Assembly: GCA_016700375.1 (NCBI GenBank)
Contig: CP065016.1
Span: 1,224,495 to 1,256,494, forward strand
From: Candidatus Saccharimonadota bacterium
GTDB lineage: Bacteria; Patescibacteriota; Saccharimonadia; Saccharimonadales; UBA4665
Direction: 5' to 3'
Length of the DNA stretch: 32,000 bases
A model generated the notes under the pieces. It did not search any database, was not told the DNA's origin, and saw nothing but the letters and a program-made list of their open reading frames with translations. Shown in pieces: positions 9,022-19,565 of this stretch (the first letter of the stretch is position 1; every line of letters begins with the position of its first letter). Made by a program: the position numbers and the translations under genes.

Positions 9022-10515
9022 ATGTTTTGGGGTATGGGTGACGTCCTGGCGACGAGTTTAACGCTGTTTGCTGATACGTCCGGTGCTGTAACGGCCATGC
9101 AAAATTACGTTGCACCGACGATACAAACACTTGCTGCACTTGCTTCGATAGCTTGCGTGTTCTTTATTGTAAACGCTGGCTACCTTTACATGACAAGCAG
9201 CGGCAAGCCAGAGCAAATGGATCACGCTAAGCATGTTCTGAAAAATGCACTCTTAGGATTGCTGATTGTTCTGGCCGCCGCAACCCTTGTTTCAATACTG
9301 TCGAATGCTTACGGATCGCCGCACGATGTTAATAACGCGACCTTGCCAAACCTACAGTCAATCCCTCCAAACGACGTAGGTAATGGACTGATAGATATTC
9401 TGATTAAGGCAGTTACGGGCTTCCTCAACAACATCATACAGGCAGTCGCAACGCCATTCCTGGATGCGCTCAACTTCTTCACGAAGTCAACGCCTCTAAT
9501 GGCAGAGAATCAAAGTGTTTTCAACTTCTGGCTGGCAATGGTTGGTATATCCGACGTGCTGTTCGTCGTGATTATCGCGCTCTTGGGCTTCCATGTCATG
9601 AGTGCTTCGACATTCGGATTCGATGAGATCGAGTTCAAGCATCTTCTCCCCCGTGTTGCGTTAGTTTTCTTGCTCATGAATACGTCCATATTCTTTATTG
9701 ATGGAATCATTGAGTTATCGAACGCGCTCATAACTGCGGTAGGCAAAGTGTCTGGCGCATCATCAGTCTGGGACACTCTAACATCTGTCGTAAAAGAGGC
9801 AGGGGGTCAAGGATTGGCAGCGCTAATCATGATGATGGCGTTTATTGTCTTCTCGGTCATCCTGCTCGTGTACTATGTCGGACGTTTAGTGACACTATTC
9901 ATCGGTGCAGTCTTGTCTCCACTGGTGACACTACTCTGGCTTGTACCTGGCTTCCGGGATTTTGCAGAGACAGCATTCAAAACGTACCTCTCAACCATCT
10001 TTGTACTATTCGTACATGTCGTCATTCTTCAGCTATCCGCATCACTGTTCACCGGTATGGCGGCAAGTAGCGGTAATGATGTACCAGACACGCTCATGGC
10101 CATGGTCGTTGGGCTGGCTACCGTCATGGCCCTACTGAAAACTCAGAGTGTCATGATGCAATTCAGCTACGTCAGCATGGGAGCGCGAAACATGCGAAAG
10201 CTAGGCGGTCAGTTTATCAATGGCGTAAGCTACATGACCGGCAAAGGCAAAGCCGCCGCCAGCACCGTTCGCTCAAAGACTGACAGTGCTAAAAAGGCTC
10301 GTGCAATGTCAAGCGTAGAGTCGCGAGCTGTTCGCACTGGTAAAACCCAAAGTGTCAGCTACTCGAACAAGAAAGGTAACGCAGAAATTACCCATACCGC
10401 AACACCAAATCCAAAAGGGACACCAAAATCCACTGGCACGACCTATGAAGCTCCGGCAGTCAAAGTCACCAGAATCAACCACCCTAAAAACAATAGCAAG
10501 GACAAAATAGGATGA
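9022..10515 (+). CDS. fusion of a second VirB2-like module with a polytopic VirB6/TrbL-like membrane domain
   Basis: The N-terminal region (IACVFFIVNAGYLYMTSSGKPEQMDHAKHVLKNALLGLLIVLAAA) is paralogous to the upstream pilin. It is followed by at least 6 hydrophobic segments and a basic, Ser/Thr/Lys-rich tail. Confidence 0.6.
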   Translation: MFWGMGDVLATSLTLFADTSGAVTAMQNYVAPTIQTLAALASIACVFFIVNAGYLYMTSSGKPEQMDHAKHVLKNALLGLLIVLAAATLVSILSNAYGSPHDVNNATLPNLQSIPPNDVGNGLIDILIKAVTGFLNNIIQAVATPFLDALNFFTKSTPLMAENQSVFNFWLAMVGISDVLFVVIIALLGFHVMSASTFGFDEIEFKHLLPRVALVFLLMNTSIFFIDGIIELSNALITAVGKVSGASSVWDTLTSVVKEAGGQGLAALIMMMAFIVFSVILLVYYVGRLVTLFIGAVLSPLVTLLWLVPGFRDFAETAFKTYLSTIFVLFVHVVILQLSASLFTGMAASSGNDVPDTLMAMVVGLATVMALLKTQSVMMQFSYVSMGARNMRKLGGQFINGVSYMTGKGKAAASTVRSKTDSAKKARAMSSVESRAVRTGKTQSVSYSNKKGNAEITHTATPNPKGTPKSTGTTYEAPAVKVTRINHPKNNSKDKIG

Positions 10516-11021
10516 AAGTAACAGTCGTACCAGCTCAGGTTACAACCGTAGAAGATCGAATTATTGGTAATCTTGGCTTCTCTCAGATGCTCTTGATGAT
10601 TATCCCTGTATTTGTAAGTGCGGCACTGTTCGCCCTCCTCCCTCCGTTTATGGGGAGCGCTCTGTATAAATATCTCATCATGGGCATATTGGCGCTCGTC
10701 TGCTGCATCCTTGCGATACGCATAAAAGGAAGAATCCTCGCCTCGTGGCTCGTAACAATATCTCGCTATAATGTCCGGCCGAAGTATTATCTCTTTAACA
10801 AAAATGTGTTGACCCTACGACAAGATTATCCAGTCGTCTCTGAGGTAAAAGAGGAAGATAAAACGACTGCCAAAAGCAAAGAACGAATTGCATTACCTCG
10901 TCTGAATACCCCCGATACCGCAAGAATCCTCGCAACCATTGAAAATCCTGCCGCAAGAGTTCGTTTTGAAACCACAAAGAAAGGAGGCCTAAATGTTCGC
11001 CTTACAGAAATCGAAGAGTAA
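10512..11021 (+). CDS. PrgI/VirB3-like small T4SS membrane protein
   Basis: N-terminal PAQVTTVEDRIIGNLGFSQMLLMI is followed by two TM helices, and the gene sits immediately upstream of VirB4. There is a 4-nt overlap with the preceding gene. Confidence 0.55.
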   Translation: MKVTVVPAQVTTVEDRIIGNLGFSQMLLMIIPVFVSAALFALLPPFMGSALYKYLIMGILALVCCILAIRIKGRILASWLVTISRYNVRPKYYLFNKNVLTLRQDYPVVSEVKEEDKTTAKSKERIALPRLNTPDTARILATIENPAARVRFETTKKGGLNVRLTEIEE

Positions 11022-11652
11022 AACCAGTTCACGTAATCAGATCGCGATCAAAGGTGTACGCGATGGTGTACTTATGCTGCCAAATAACGAGTACCGTGCA
11101 ATTCTGCAAGTCTCATCGCTTAATTTTGAATTGCGCAGCGAAGAGGAGCAAGACGCAATCATCGACATATATGAGAGTTTTCTAAACTCCGTCGGATCAT
11201 CCCTCCAGATACTAATACGTACTCGTGAAATTGATATGGATAAGTACCTTGAAGACCTGACAGAACGACTAGACGACGAGACTGAGGAAATCTACCGCTC
11301 TCAGTTGATTAATTACGACGAGTTCATTAGATCGCTCATCACAAACAACAAGATTCTCACCCGACACTTCTATGTCATTGTTCCGTACAGGCCGAATGGT
11401 AAAGCGGATTTTGAGCTTATCGAAGAACAACTAAACATTAAGCTCGACATTGTGGCCAAAGGTATGACGCGACTCGGTATGCACACTAATCAACTGGATA
11501 GTCTTGAGGTGCTTGATTTGTTCTATAGCTTCTATAGTCCAACTCAGGCAAAGATACAGCCGCTAACCGAACAGGCATTGCAGTTGATACATACCGCACT
11601 TGTTGAGAAAGGAGAAGAAACCCATGCCCGTAAAACTCGAAAAACTAAATAA
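10993..11652 (+). CDS. VirB4-type N-terminal domain protein (separate ORF)
   Basis: IAIKGVRDGVLMLPNNEYRAILQVSSLNFELRSEEEQDAIIDIYESFLNS matches the N-terminal domain pattern of VirB4/TraE/PrgJ ATPases. The RBS is AAAGGAGG. Confidence 0.6.
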   Translation: MFALQKSKSKTSSRNQIAIKGVRDGVLMLPNNEYRAILQVSSLNFELRSEEEQDAIIDIYESFLNSVGSSLQILIRTREIDMDKYLEDLTERLDDETEEIYRSQLINYDEFIRSLITNNKILTRHFYVIVPYRPNGKADFELIEEQLNIKLDIVAKGMTRLGMHTNQLDSLEVLDLFYSFYSPTQAKIQPLTEQALQLIHTALVEKGEETHARKTRKTK

Positions 11653-13402
11653 GCTCAGTCATAAAGTTGTTGACCCTATTATGACGCCAATTAAGAAGCG
11701 TCAGCAAGCACGGATTGACCGCCAGAAAGAGCTAACTATTGCTTTTGGCGAACAGGATGCAATCGACACGCTGTCATACGCAGGACTTGAAGAAAACGTT
11801 GATTATCTTTGTATCGACGGCGTATATATTCGCACTCTCTACATATCGGGATATCCTTTTGTCGCGAACTCTGGCTGGATGGACAGCCTCATCAATTTCA
11901 ACCACAACTCGGATATCAGCTACCATTTACATGAAGTGAGCGCATTATCGGCATTGCCGAAATTGCATCGTAAGATCACTGAGCTTGAATCTACTAAACG
12001 TGCCATGATGCGTGCTGGGAAGATCGTCGGCTCGGAGATTACTGATCCGCTAGAATCTGCGATGGAGCTACGTGACAAAATCCAACGTGGCCAAGAAAAG
12101 CTATTCCAAATGGCAATCTATGTCAGTATTCGGGCCGAGAGTCTAGAGGAGCTAGATAAGACGACACAGCTACTCGAAGCTACAATGTCAGCACGGTTGT
12201 TCTATTCAAAAGTCGCACGCTATCAGCAGCTCGAAGCGTTGCAATCTATCTTGCCTCGTGGCGAAGATCAACTTGGTCAGAAACGAAACCTGGACAGTAG
12301 TTCGGCCGCCTTGACATTCCCATTCATGTCTTCGGAGCTTGTACAGGAATCTGGTATTTTGTACGGAGTCAATAAATCAAACAACTCACTCGTTATCCTC
12401 GATCGGTTTAGTCTGCATAATGCGAATAGTATTGTGTTCGCTCAGTCCGGTTCAGGCAAGAGCTACACGACAAAAGTGGAGATTTTACGCCAGCTCATGC
12501 AAGGTACTAAAGTCATCGTCATCGACCCGGAGCGTGAATACAAACGACTTACTGAATCCGTCAAAGGCACGTACATCAAGCTATCTGCCAAGAGCAAGCA
12601 AAAGATCAATCCGTTTGATTTGGCGACGACGTTTCATAAGATTAGCGACCTGTCTGAACATGCCCAAGACCTTACTGAAGTAATTAGTCTGATGGCCGAG
12701 GGATTATCCTCCCGCGAGAAAGCCTCAGTTGATAAAGCAATCCTCAAAATCTACAAGAAAGCCAAGAAGCAGCAGCCCCTTCTTGAAGACTTGTACGCGG
12801 AGTTGCAGTCTCTCGGACAGCTAAAACTCTGCGAACGACTCGAGAGGTATATATCAGGCTCACTAGCGGATGTATTTAACGCACAGACAAACATCAAGCT
12901 TGATAATCGACTCGTGATTTTCGACATCAAGGATTTGCCTGAAAGTTTGCGTCAGATCATGATGCTCATCATCAGCAACTTCGTGAAGAATCAGGTCATG
13001 GCCGCTCCAGAAAAGCGTCTGTTGATAATAGACGAGGGTTGGATGCTCCTGGAACACGAAGAGTCAGCTCGGTTTGTTGCCGGTCTAGTTCGTCGCGCAC
13101 GTAAGTACTATCTTGGTGTGTCTATCATTTCGCAGCAAGCAAATGACTTCCTGCGCAGTGATTATGGCCGTGCCATTGCATCACAGTCTGCACTGCGTAT
13201 TCTGATGCGTCAGGATACAACCACGATTAAAAATGTTGTCTCAGAGTTTAACCTGAGTGAGTACGAACAAAGCTTTCTGCTTACTTGCGAACGAGGTGAT
13301 GCACTTATCATTGCCGATCAGAACCACGTAGCCGTCAAGGTGGTGGCATCTGACAAAGAACATCCTCTCATCACCACTAACCCTGCGGAGCTGTACTCGT
13401 GA
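11624..13402 (+). CDS. VirB4-like T4SS ATPase (middle and ATPase domains)
   Basis: Walker A FAQSGSGKSYT and Walker B LLIIDEGWMLL. I prefer ATG 11624 (AAAGGAG upstream) over the track TTG 11600. Confidence 0.85.
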   Translation: MPVKLEKLNKLSHKVVDPIMTPIKKRQQARIDRQKELTIAFGEQDAIDTLSYAGLEENVDYLCIDGVYIRTLYISGYPFVANSGWMDSLINFNHNSDISYHLHEVSALSALPKLHRKITELESTKRAMMRAGKIVGSEITDPLESAMELRDKIQRGQEKLFQMAIYVSIRAESLEELDKTTQLLEATMSARLFYSKVARYQQLEALQSILPRGEDQLGQKRNLDSSSAALTFPFMSSELVQESGILYGVNKSNNSLVILDRFSLHNANSIVFAQSGSGKSYTTKVEILRQLMQGTKVIVIDPEREYKRLTESVKGTYIKLSAKSKQKINPFDLATTFHKISDLSEHAQDLTEVISLMAEGLSSREKASVDKAILKIYKKAKKQQPLLEDLYAELQSLGQLKLCERLERYISGSLADVFNAQTNIKLDNRLVIFDIKDLPESLRQIMMLIISNFVKNQVMAAPEKRLLIIDEGWMLLEHEESARFVAGLVRRARKYYLGVSIISQQANDFLRSDYGRAIASQSALRILMRQDTTTIKNVVSEFNLSEYEQSFLLTCERGDALIIADQNHVAVKVVASDKEHPLITTNPAELYS

Positions 13403-14010
13403 ATCCAGCCGTAGTGCTATTTGGTGTCGCTGGATATAATCCGAAGCGCACTATATCACTCGTGCTTGCAACCCTTGTCGTCATATTGTCATTGCCATTC
13501 ATGGCCGTCATGTCGATGGGTACAGATGTCCTGAGCTTTTTATCTGGCACACCAGATGCAAAAGCTGCCGAGACTCAAGGTTTCTATATGGGTGGCCCTG
13601 TTCCTGGAGATACCTACGAATGGGGCAACTGTACCTATTGGTCATTCGCGATGCGGCTTTGGGCTGGTACTCCGATACCTACAACCTGGGGTAATGCGAA
13701 TACATGGGATGATCGCGCTCGTGCCGATGGCTATGAAGTTAACCACACGCCAGCCGTAAATGCCGTTTTCCAGACTGATGAGGGCGATTGGGGTCACGTT
13801 GCCTATGTCATTAAAGTCGATGACAAAACTGGAGACTGGACGATATCAGAGATGAACGCACCGCATCTGAATGTAGTTTCGCAGCGGACGTTCTCGAAAG
13901 ATTCGGCGCAGTATTATAGCTTTATACACGGCAAGAAAGGAGAGCCATGGACACCAAAGCCTATCTTGAATCCATCGTTGAACATTGGCAGCCCATCGTT
14001 GTCGTTCTAG
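13399..14010 (+). CDS. membrane-anchored CHAP-domain peptidoglycan hydrolase (VirB1 functional analogue)
   Basis: N-terminal TM helix, with Cys/His CHAP signatures GNCTYWSFAMRLW and WGHVAYVIKV. The GTG start overlaps the VirB4 stop. Confidence 0.8.
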   Translation: MNPAVVLFGVAGYNPKRTISLVLATLVVILSLPFMAVMSMGTDVLSFLSGTPDAKAAETQGFYMGGPVPGDTYEWGNCTYWSFAMRLWAGTPIPTTWGNANTWDDRARADGYEVNHTPAVNAVFQTDEGDWGHVAYVIKVDDKTGDWTISEMNAPHLNVVSQRTFSKDSAQYYSFIHGKKGEPWTPKPILNPSLNIGSPSLSF

Positions 14011-16565
14011 CGGCTATCGTCGTTACGTTCTTCGTGGTTATCTTTGTACGCGCACTTTTCAACCGTCGTCATCTCCTACGCCGCGATATGGTTTGGCTTG
14101 AGATTACGCCACCGGCCAGTATTGCAAAAACACCAGAGGCTACTGAACAACTCTTTTCTGTAATCCACGGTGCTCGTGCCGCTAGGCAGCTCAAGGAGAA
14201 ACTGTACAATCGTGCGCCAGTGATGAGTTTTGAGATTGTATCGACGCGCAAAGACGGTATTCGCTATTTGCTACAGGTTGAGAAAACACGCTCGAAAAAC
14301 ATACAAAAGACGATCACATCGTATATTCCGGATTCCAAGGTTAAAGAAGTTACTCGTGACATAGGTGACGTCGATAAGGTCATCGACTTTAAGGAAACTG
14401 GACACTATGTTCTACCCCTTACATTGACCTCTGTGATCGAACAACACGACCCTTTGTCATACGTCACAGGTGCGATGACAAAGCTAAACGACGACGAAGA
14501 AATTACTCTACAAATCGTCGCTACACCGGTCAGGCTACGTGAAGCCGATATACTTTCACATAAGATTCTCGGCAACGAAAATATCTTGCAGCAAGTGAGC
14601 GGTAAACAGCTAACCATACTCGGACGTTTTACAAACATTTTTGGCAAAGCTTCATCGGGACTTACCGATCTAGCTGGTGAAGTGTATATGGGTACGACAT
14701 TTGGTCATAAAGAGTACTACAGTTCTAAATCGCGCACAGTGCAGCAGCAAGCGCGAGTAACCACACACGACAGACCATCACGAACACTAAGCGCCTTTGA
14801 ACTGGAACTCATGGAAACAATGCACCAAAAAGTGACACGTCCACTTTTTCAAGTCAGCTTGAGAGTTTTGGTCAAAAGCCCAGAGGCAAAACAACACATC
14901 TCAGCACTAAGATCGGCACTTGATGGCTATAGCGTTCCGCCTTATCAATCGCTCAAAGCAAAAATGTCTCTGCCTATTCTCGATACAATCCGACAAAAAG
15001 CTGCTGCAAACCGGTTGCCGACGTTTTCGCGTCGTGCCTCGCTGATTCTTGCATCAACTGAGCTAGCGAGCCTCTACCACTTCCCGTCGAGCCAGGTTAG
15101 CAAAACAGACAATCTCATCACATCACTTAGTCGCACACTGCCTGCGCCGGTGTCGCTAAAGTCCGGCAAGAAACTGGCAATCAAGATTGGTGAAAACCAT
15201 CATCACGAGACTATTACTCCAATCGGCTTGACGGAAGCAGAGCGCGAACGACATATGTATATTATCGGTGGTACGGGCAACGGTAAAACAACCATGCTGT
15301 TTTATGAAATCCTGCAAGATATTCGCGCTGGCAATGGCCTCGCGGTCATTGATCCGCACGGTGACTTAGCAGAGAGGATTTTGCGCTATATCCCTGAGGA
15401 TCGCGTAAAGGACGTGATATACATGAATCCTGACGACCTCATGTACCCAATTGGCATGAATCTATTGGAGCTATCGCCTGATCTTACGGGGGATGACTTG
15501 CTGCGCGAGAAAGACCTTATCACAGAAGCCACGATATCTGTATTACGTAAGATATTCTCCGATGATGACTCTGGCGGCCATCGCATTGAATACGTGCTGC
15601 GAAATGCGATTCAGACTGCTTTAACGCTCGAAGAGCCGACACTTTTCACTATCTTTGAATTACTGAATGACGCAAAGTTCAGGCGCAAGGTAGTGAAAGG
15701 CCTTGAGGACAAAAACTTGAAAGACTTTTGGAGCAATGAGATTGGCAAAGCCGGTGATATGCAGAAAGTTAAGATGGCGGCTGGCATCACGGCCAAAATC
15801 GGTCGCTTCCTATTCTCGGCTTCAGCACGCCGGATGCTTGAACAGCCAAAATCAACTATCAACTTTGAAGATGTCCTTGCTGGCAAAAAGATATTGATCT
15901 GCAACTTCTCAAAGGGCTTGCTCGGTGAAGACACGTCAGCACTTTTCGGCACGACAGTACTCGCAAAGATACAAACAGCGGCCTTGCGCCGTGCCCGTAT
16001 CGGCCAAAGTGATCGCTCGCCATACTATCTCTATGTTGACGAGTTTCAAAACTTCGCTACAACTGGGTTTGTGCAAATGCTATCAGAGGCTCGCAAGTAC
16101 AAGCTATTCCTGACGATGGCAGAACAGTCTACTTCACAGCAAGACGAGCAGCGCCTTGTCGACATCATACTTGCGAATGTGGGTACGGTCGTATGTTTCC
16201 GATCTGGTAGTCCAGCGGACGAACGCCTCGTCTTACCACTTTTCATGCCATTCATTGACCAGGGTGAAATAGCCAATCTGCCAGCGTATTCGTACTACGT
16301 CCGAATCTCAGCCGTAAATGCGCAAGAACCTATGTCCGGCATAACTATTGTTGTTGAGGAGAATGGTAGTGGGTCTACTGCCGAACAAGTCCTTAAATCC
16401 TCAAGAGAACTTTATGCAAAGAGGATTGAAGTAGAGGCAGAAGTAGCAACAATCGAGCCAGAACCAAAACCTATTAAAAAGCCGAGTGCAAAGCGTAAAC
16501 CAAAGACAAATCACGCGACCAAAAAAGCCAGTGATGAATTATCGGAGATGAAGCCGGTCGCATAA
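13947..16565 (+). CDS. type IV coupling protein (VirD4/TraG/TraD-like ATPase)
   Basis: N-terminal TM helix, Walker A IIGGTGNGKTT, Walker B YYLYVDEFQNF, and a Lys/Pro-rich C-terminal tail. The RBS is AAAGGAG. Confidence 0.85.
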   Translation: MDTKAYLESIVEHWQPIVVVLAAIVVTFFVVIFVRALFNRRHLLRRDMVWLEITPPASIAKTPEATEQLFSVIHGARAARQLKEKLYNRAPVMSFEIVSTRKDGIRYLLQVEKTRSKNIQKTITSYIPDSKVKEVTRDIGDVDKVIDFKETGHYVLPLTLTSVIEQHDPLSYVTGAMTKLNDDEEITLQIVATPVRLREADILSHKILGNENILQQVSGKQLTILGRFTNIFGKASSGLTDLAGEVYMGTTFGHKEYYSSKSRTVQQQARVTTHDRPSRTLSAFELELMETMHQKVTRPLFQVSLRVLVKSPEAKQHISALRSALDGYSVPPYQSLKAKMSLPILDTIRQKAAANRLPTFSRRASLILASTELASLYHFPSSQVSKTDNLITSLSRTLPAPVSLKSGKKLAIKIGENHHHETITPIGLTEAERERHMYIIGGTGNGKTTMLFYEILQDIRAGNGLAVIDPHGDLAERILRYIPEDRVKDVIYMNPDDLMYPIGMNLLELSPDLTGDDLLREKDLITEATISVLRKIFSDDDSGGHRIEYVLRNAIQTALTLEEPTLFTIFELLNDAKFRRKVVKGLEDKNLKDFWSNEIGKAGDMQKVKMAAGITAKIGRFLFSASARRMLEQPKSTINFEDVLAGKKILICNFSKGLLGEDTSALFGTTVLAKIQTAALRRARIGQSDRSPYYLYVDEFQNFATTGFVQMLSEARKYKLFLTMAEQSTSQQDEQRLVDIILANVGTVVCFRSGSPADERLVLPLFMPFIDQGEIANLPAYSYYVRISAVNAQEPMSGITIVVEENGSGSTAEQVLKSSRELYAKRIEVEAEVATIEPEPKPIKKPSAKRKPKTNHATKKASDELSEMKPVA

Positions 16566-16588
16566 TTAGGGTCACATAGATCAAGCTA

Positions 16589-16617
16589 TTGCTTATTTTC
16601 TTATTTCGTGCTATAAT
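16589..16617 (+). promoter_or_regulatory. candidate promoter of the DGR target gene
   Basis: TTGCTT (16589-16594), 17-nt spacer, extended -10 TGcTATAAT (16609-16617). Confidence 0.5.
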
Positions 16618-16652
16618 AGTCATCGAACCTTAACAGTTTAGCACTCCCTACT

Positions 16653-16699
16653 GAGAACGGCGTTTTGTATACAAATCTTGCATGTAATACGCCGTTCTC
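16653..16699 (+). promoter_or_regulatory. 5' leader stem-loop upstream of the DGR target gene
   Basis: Perfect 11-bp inverted repeat GAGAACGGCGT (16653-16663) / ACGCCGTTCTC (16689-16699). The 25-nt loop contains the palindrome TTGTATACAA. Confidence 0.45.
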
Positions 16700-16779
16700 A
16701 AACCAAAGATAAGCTCGTCGCATCCATATGCGAACCATCGAGTAAGTCTACGGCGATCACAGAAAGGAAGTGAGCCATC

Positions 16780-17505
16780 ATGGCAAGCTTCTTCGACACC
16801 ACCATCGGTCAGCAGGTCGAGTTCCAGCGCGTGCTGGCCTCGGCAGGTTTCACCGACAGCGACATTGCCCGCATCATCAAGGAGCCGAATCTGGCCTCCA
16901 CGATGTACGTGGCGATCCAGCCCAAGGCCGTCGCGACTGTGCCGTCCTGGTACGTCTCGCCCGAGCGTCAGCTCGAATGTGCCCGTCAGCTCTGGCCGAA
17001 CGCCGTTCTGCCCGAGCCGCCCAAGGAGTTCACGCCCCGGACGAAGTCCGAGGTACTGCTTCTCCACGTGCCGGACACGTTCGATAACCTGTGGAACCTG
17101 GTCAACGCCCCTGAGGGCTACACCAAGTACCGCTGGGAGGGCGTCAAGTCAGACAAGCGGAATCTGCGTCTCGCGCCCAACAAGGTCGAGTACACGGAGC
17201 CCGTCTGGCTGGCCTTCGACCCCGAACGTGGCAAGGGTGAGCGTCCCGACTCCTTCTGGGGTCAGGCCGACACCGCTGCCAGCGAGGTCTTCTCGGCGCT
17301 GATCCAGTTCCCTGAGTGGTCACTCGCGTGGTTCAATGGTGCTTCGGCTCCGAACCTCACGGGCTACCAGCTCAAATACGACGGGAACTGGTCGAACGTT
17401 CCGTACCTCGGCCGGTGGGACGTCGACCGCCAGCTGGGGCTGCGCGACCGCTGGGCTGACAGCCGGAGTGACAGCTGGTCGTCTCCGTCGGTCAGGGAGT
17501 GCTGA
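16780..17505 (+). CDS. DGR variable (target) protein, 241 aa, no obvious signal peptide
   Basis: GC-rich ORF whose last 39 codons form the VR. The RBS is AAAGGAAG. The other ORFs overlapping this span are GC-composition artefacts. Confidence 0.85.
   Translation: MASFFDTTIGQQVEFQRVLASAGFTDSDIARIIKEPNLASTMYVAIQPKAVATVPSWYVSPERQLECARQLWPNAVLPEPPKEFTPRTKSEVLLLHVPDTFDNLWNLVNAPEGYTKYRWEGVKSDKRNLRLAPNKVEYTEPVWLAFDPERGKGERPDSFWGQADTAASEVFSALIQFPEWSLAWFNGASAPNLTGYQLKYDGNWSNVPYLGRWDVDRQLGLRDRWADSRSDSWSSPSVREC
17387..17503 (+). repeat. DGR variable region (VR)
   Basis: 117 nt aligning without gaps to 17882-17998 (offset 495). There are 13 differences, and 12 of them lie opposite TR adenines. The 3' 24 nt CTGGTCGTCTCCGTCGGTCAGGGA are invariant (IMH-like). 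Confidence 0.9.
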
Positions 17506-17509
17506 TACT

Positions 17510-17589
17510 GGAACCTTGGTTCCTTGGTATCCGGAGGGGTCTTGTATTCTTGGACTTTGGTCCTTGAAAACTTTACCTCTCCGGATACC
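17510..17589 (+). other. stem-loops immediately downstream of VR
   Basis: GGAACC-TT-GGTTCC (17510-17523). GGTATCCGGAG (17526-17536) pairs with CTCCGGATACC (17579-17589), extendable to about 14 bp with one G-T. Confidence 0.4.
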
Positions 17590-17623
17590 TGCACTCACTT
17601 TTTGAATTTGTCTCTTATCTGTT

Positions 17624-17656
17624 CCTCTGCTTTAGCAGAGGCGCTTTTAATTTTTT
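17624..17656 (+). terminator. rho-independent terminator after the target gene
   Basis: CCTCTGC-TTTA-GCAGAGG followed by CGCTTTTAATTTTTT. Confidence 0.6.
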
Positions 17657-17881
17657 GCTAAAATAGGAAATGAATTGGTTACTGAACGTATGTTCATGGA
17701 TGTACGTCACCGATTCCGTGTTTTGAAACTGACAGAATTATCTTATTTACGGATGAGGTAAGTGCGCAGGCAAAATATCGAGCACTCCGTGCAATCCGCT
17801 AGAGATATGTATCTCGTATAAAATACAGAGTTTGGATGCGTCTGGACTCAGTGGCACCGGACGGTGGATTGCGCTATACCG

Positions 17882-17986
17882 ACTGGTCGAACGTTCCGTA
17901 CCTCAACCGGTGGGACGACGACCGCCAGCTGAAGCTGAACGACAACTGGGCTGACAACCGGAATGACAACTGGTCGTCTCCGTCGG

Positions 17987-17998
<12 letters not shown>
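17882..17998 (+). repeat. DGR template region (TR)
   Basis: Read in the VR register it gives AAC, GAC, AAG, AAC, AAC, AAC, AAT, AAC at the 8 codons that differ in VR (G, V, G, R, R, S, S, S). Confidence 0.9.
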
Positions 17999-19441
<1,443 letters not shown>

Positions 19442-19457
19442 CTAGTAGGTCGCGTGA

Positions 19458-19489
19458 GACTTCGACTTTTCTAAAGAAAAATCGAAGTG
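19458..19489. repeat. hairpin element copy 1 (probable bidirectional terminator between RT and the HAD-like gene)
   Basis: GACTTCGACTTTTCT-AA-AGAAAAATCGAAGTG. The arms are identical to 20903-20935. Confidence 0.6.
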
Positions 19490-19565
19490 GTAGTAAAAGT
19501 CGCCAAAAAAGAAGACTCCTGTTCCCTCGCAAGCGGTGAAACACGAATCTTCTGAGCCTATTGTA

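Noticed and set aside
8609-9139. Minus-strand ORFs 8609..8866 and 8867..9139 opposite the pilin genes
   Set aside because: They are antisense to the RBS-preceded VirB2-like ORFs, with Ala/Pro/Thr-rich translations typical of the reverse complement of hydrophobic-helix coding sequence.
16648-17605. Six additional track ORFs overlapping the DGR target gene on both strands (16648..17067 -, 16770..17087 +, 16865..17302 +, 17320..17598 -, 17336..17605 +, 17364..17594 -)
   Set aside because: They are stop-codon-poor artefacts of the GC-rich stretch, with Arg/Pro/Ser-rich low-complexity translations and no RBS. Only the 16780..17505 frame carries the VR in the codon register that matches AAC-codon diversification.
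17838-17881. Possible extension of TR homology upstream of 17882
   Set aside because: The GC-rich sequence upstream of TR does not align to the VR-upstream sequence without indels and non-adenine mismatches. I therefore set the TR/VR boundary at 17882/17387.
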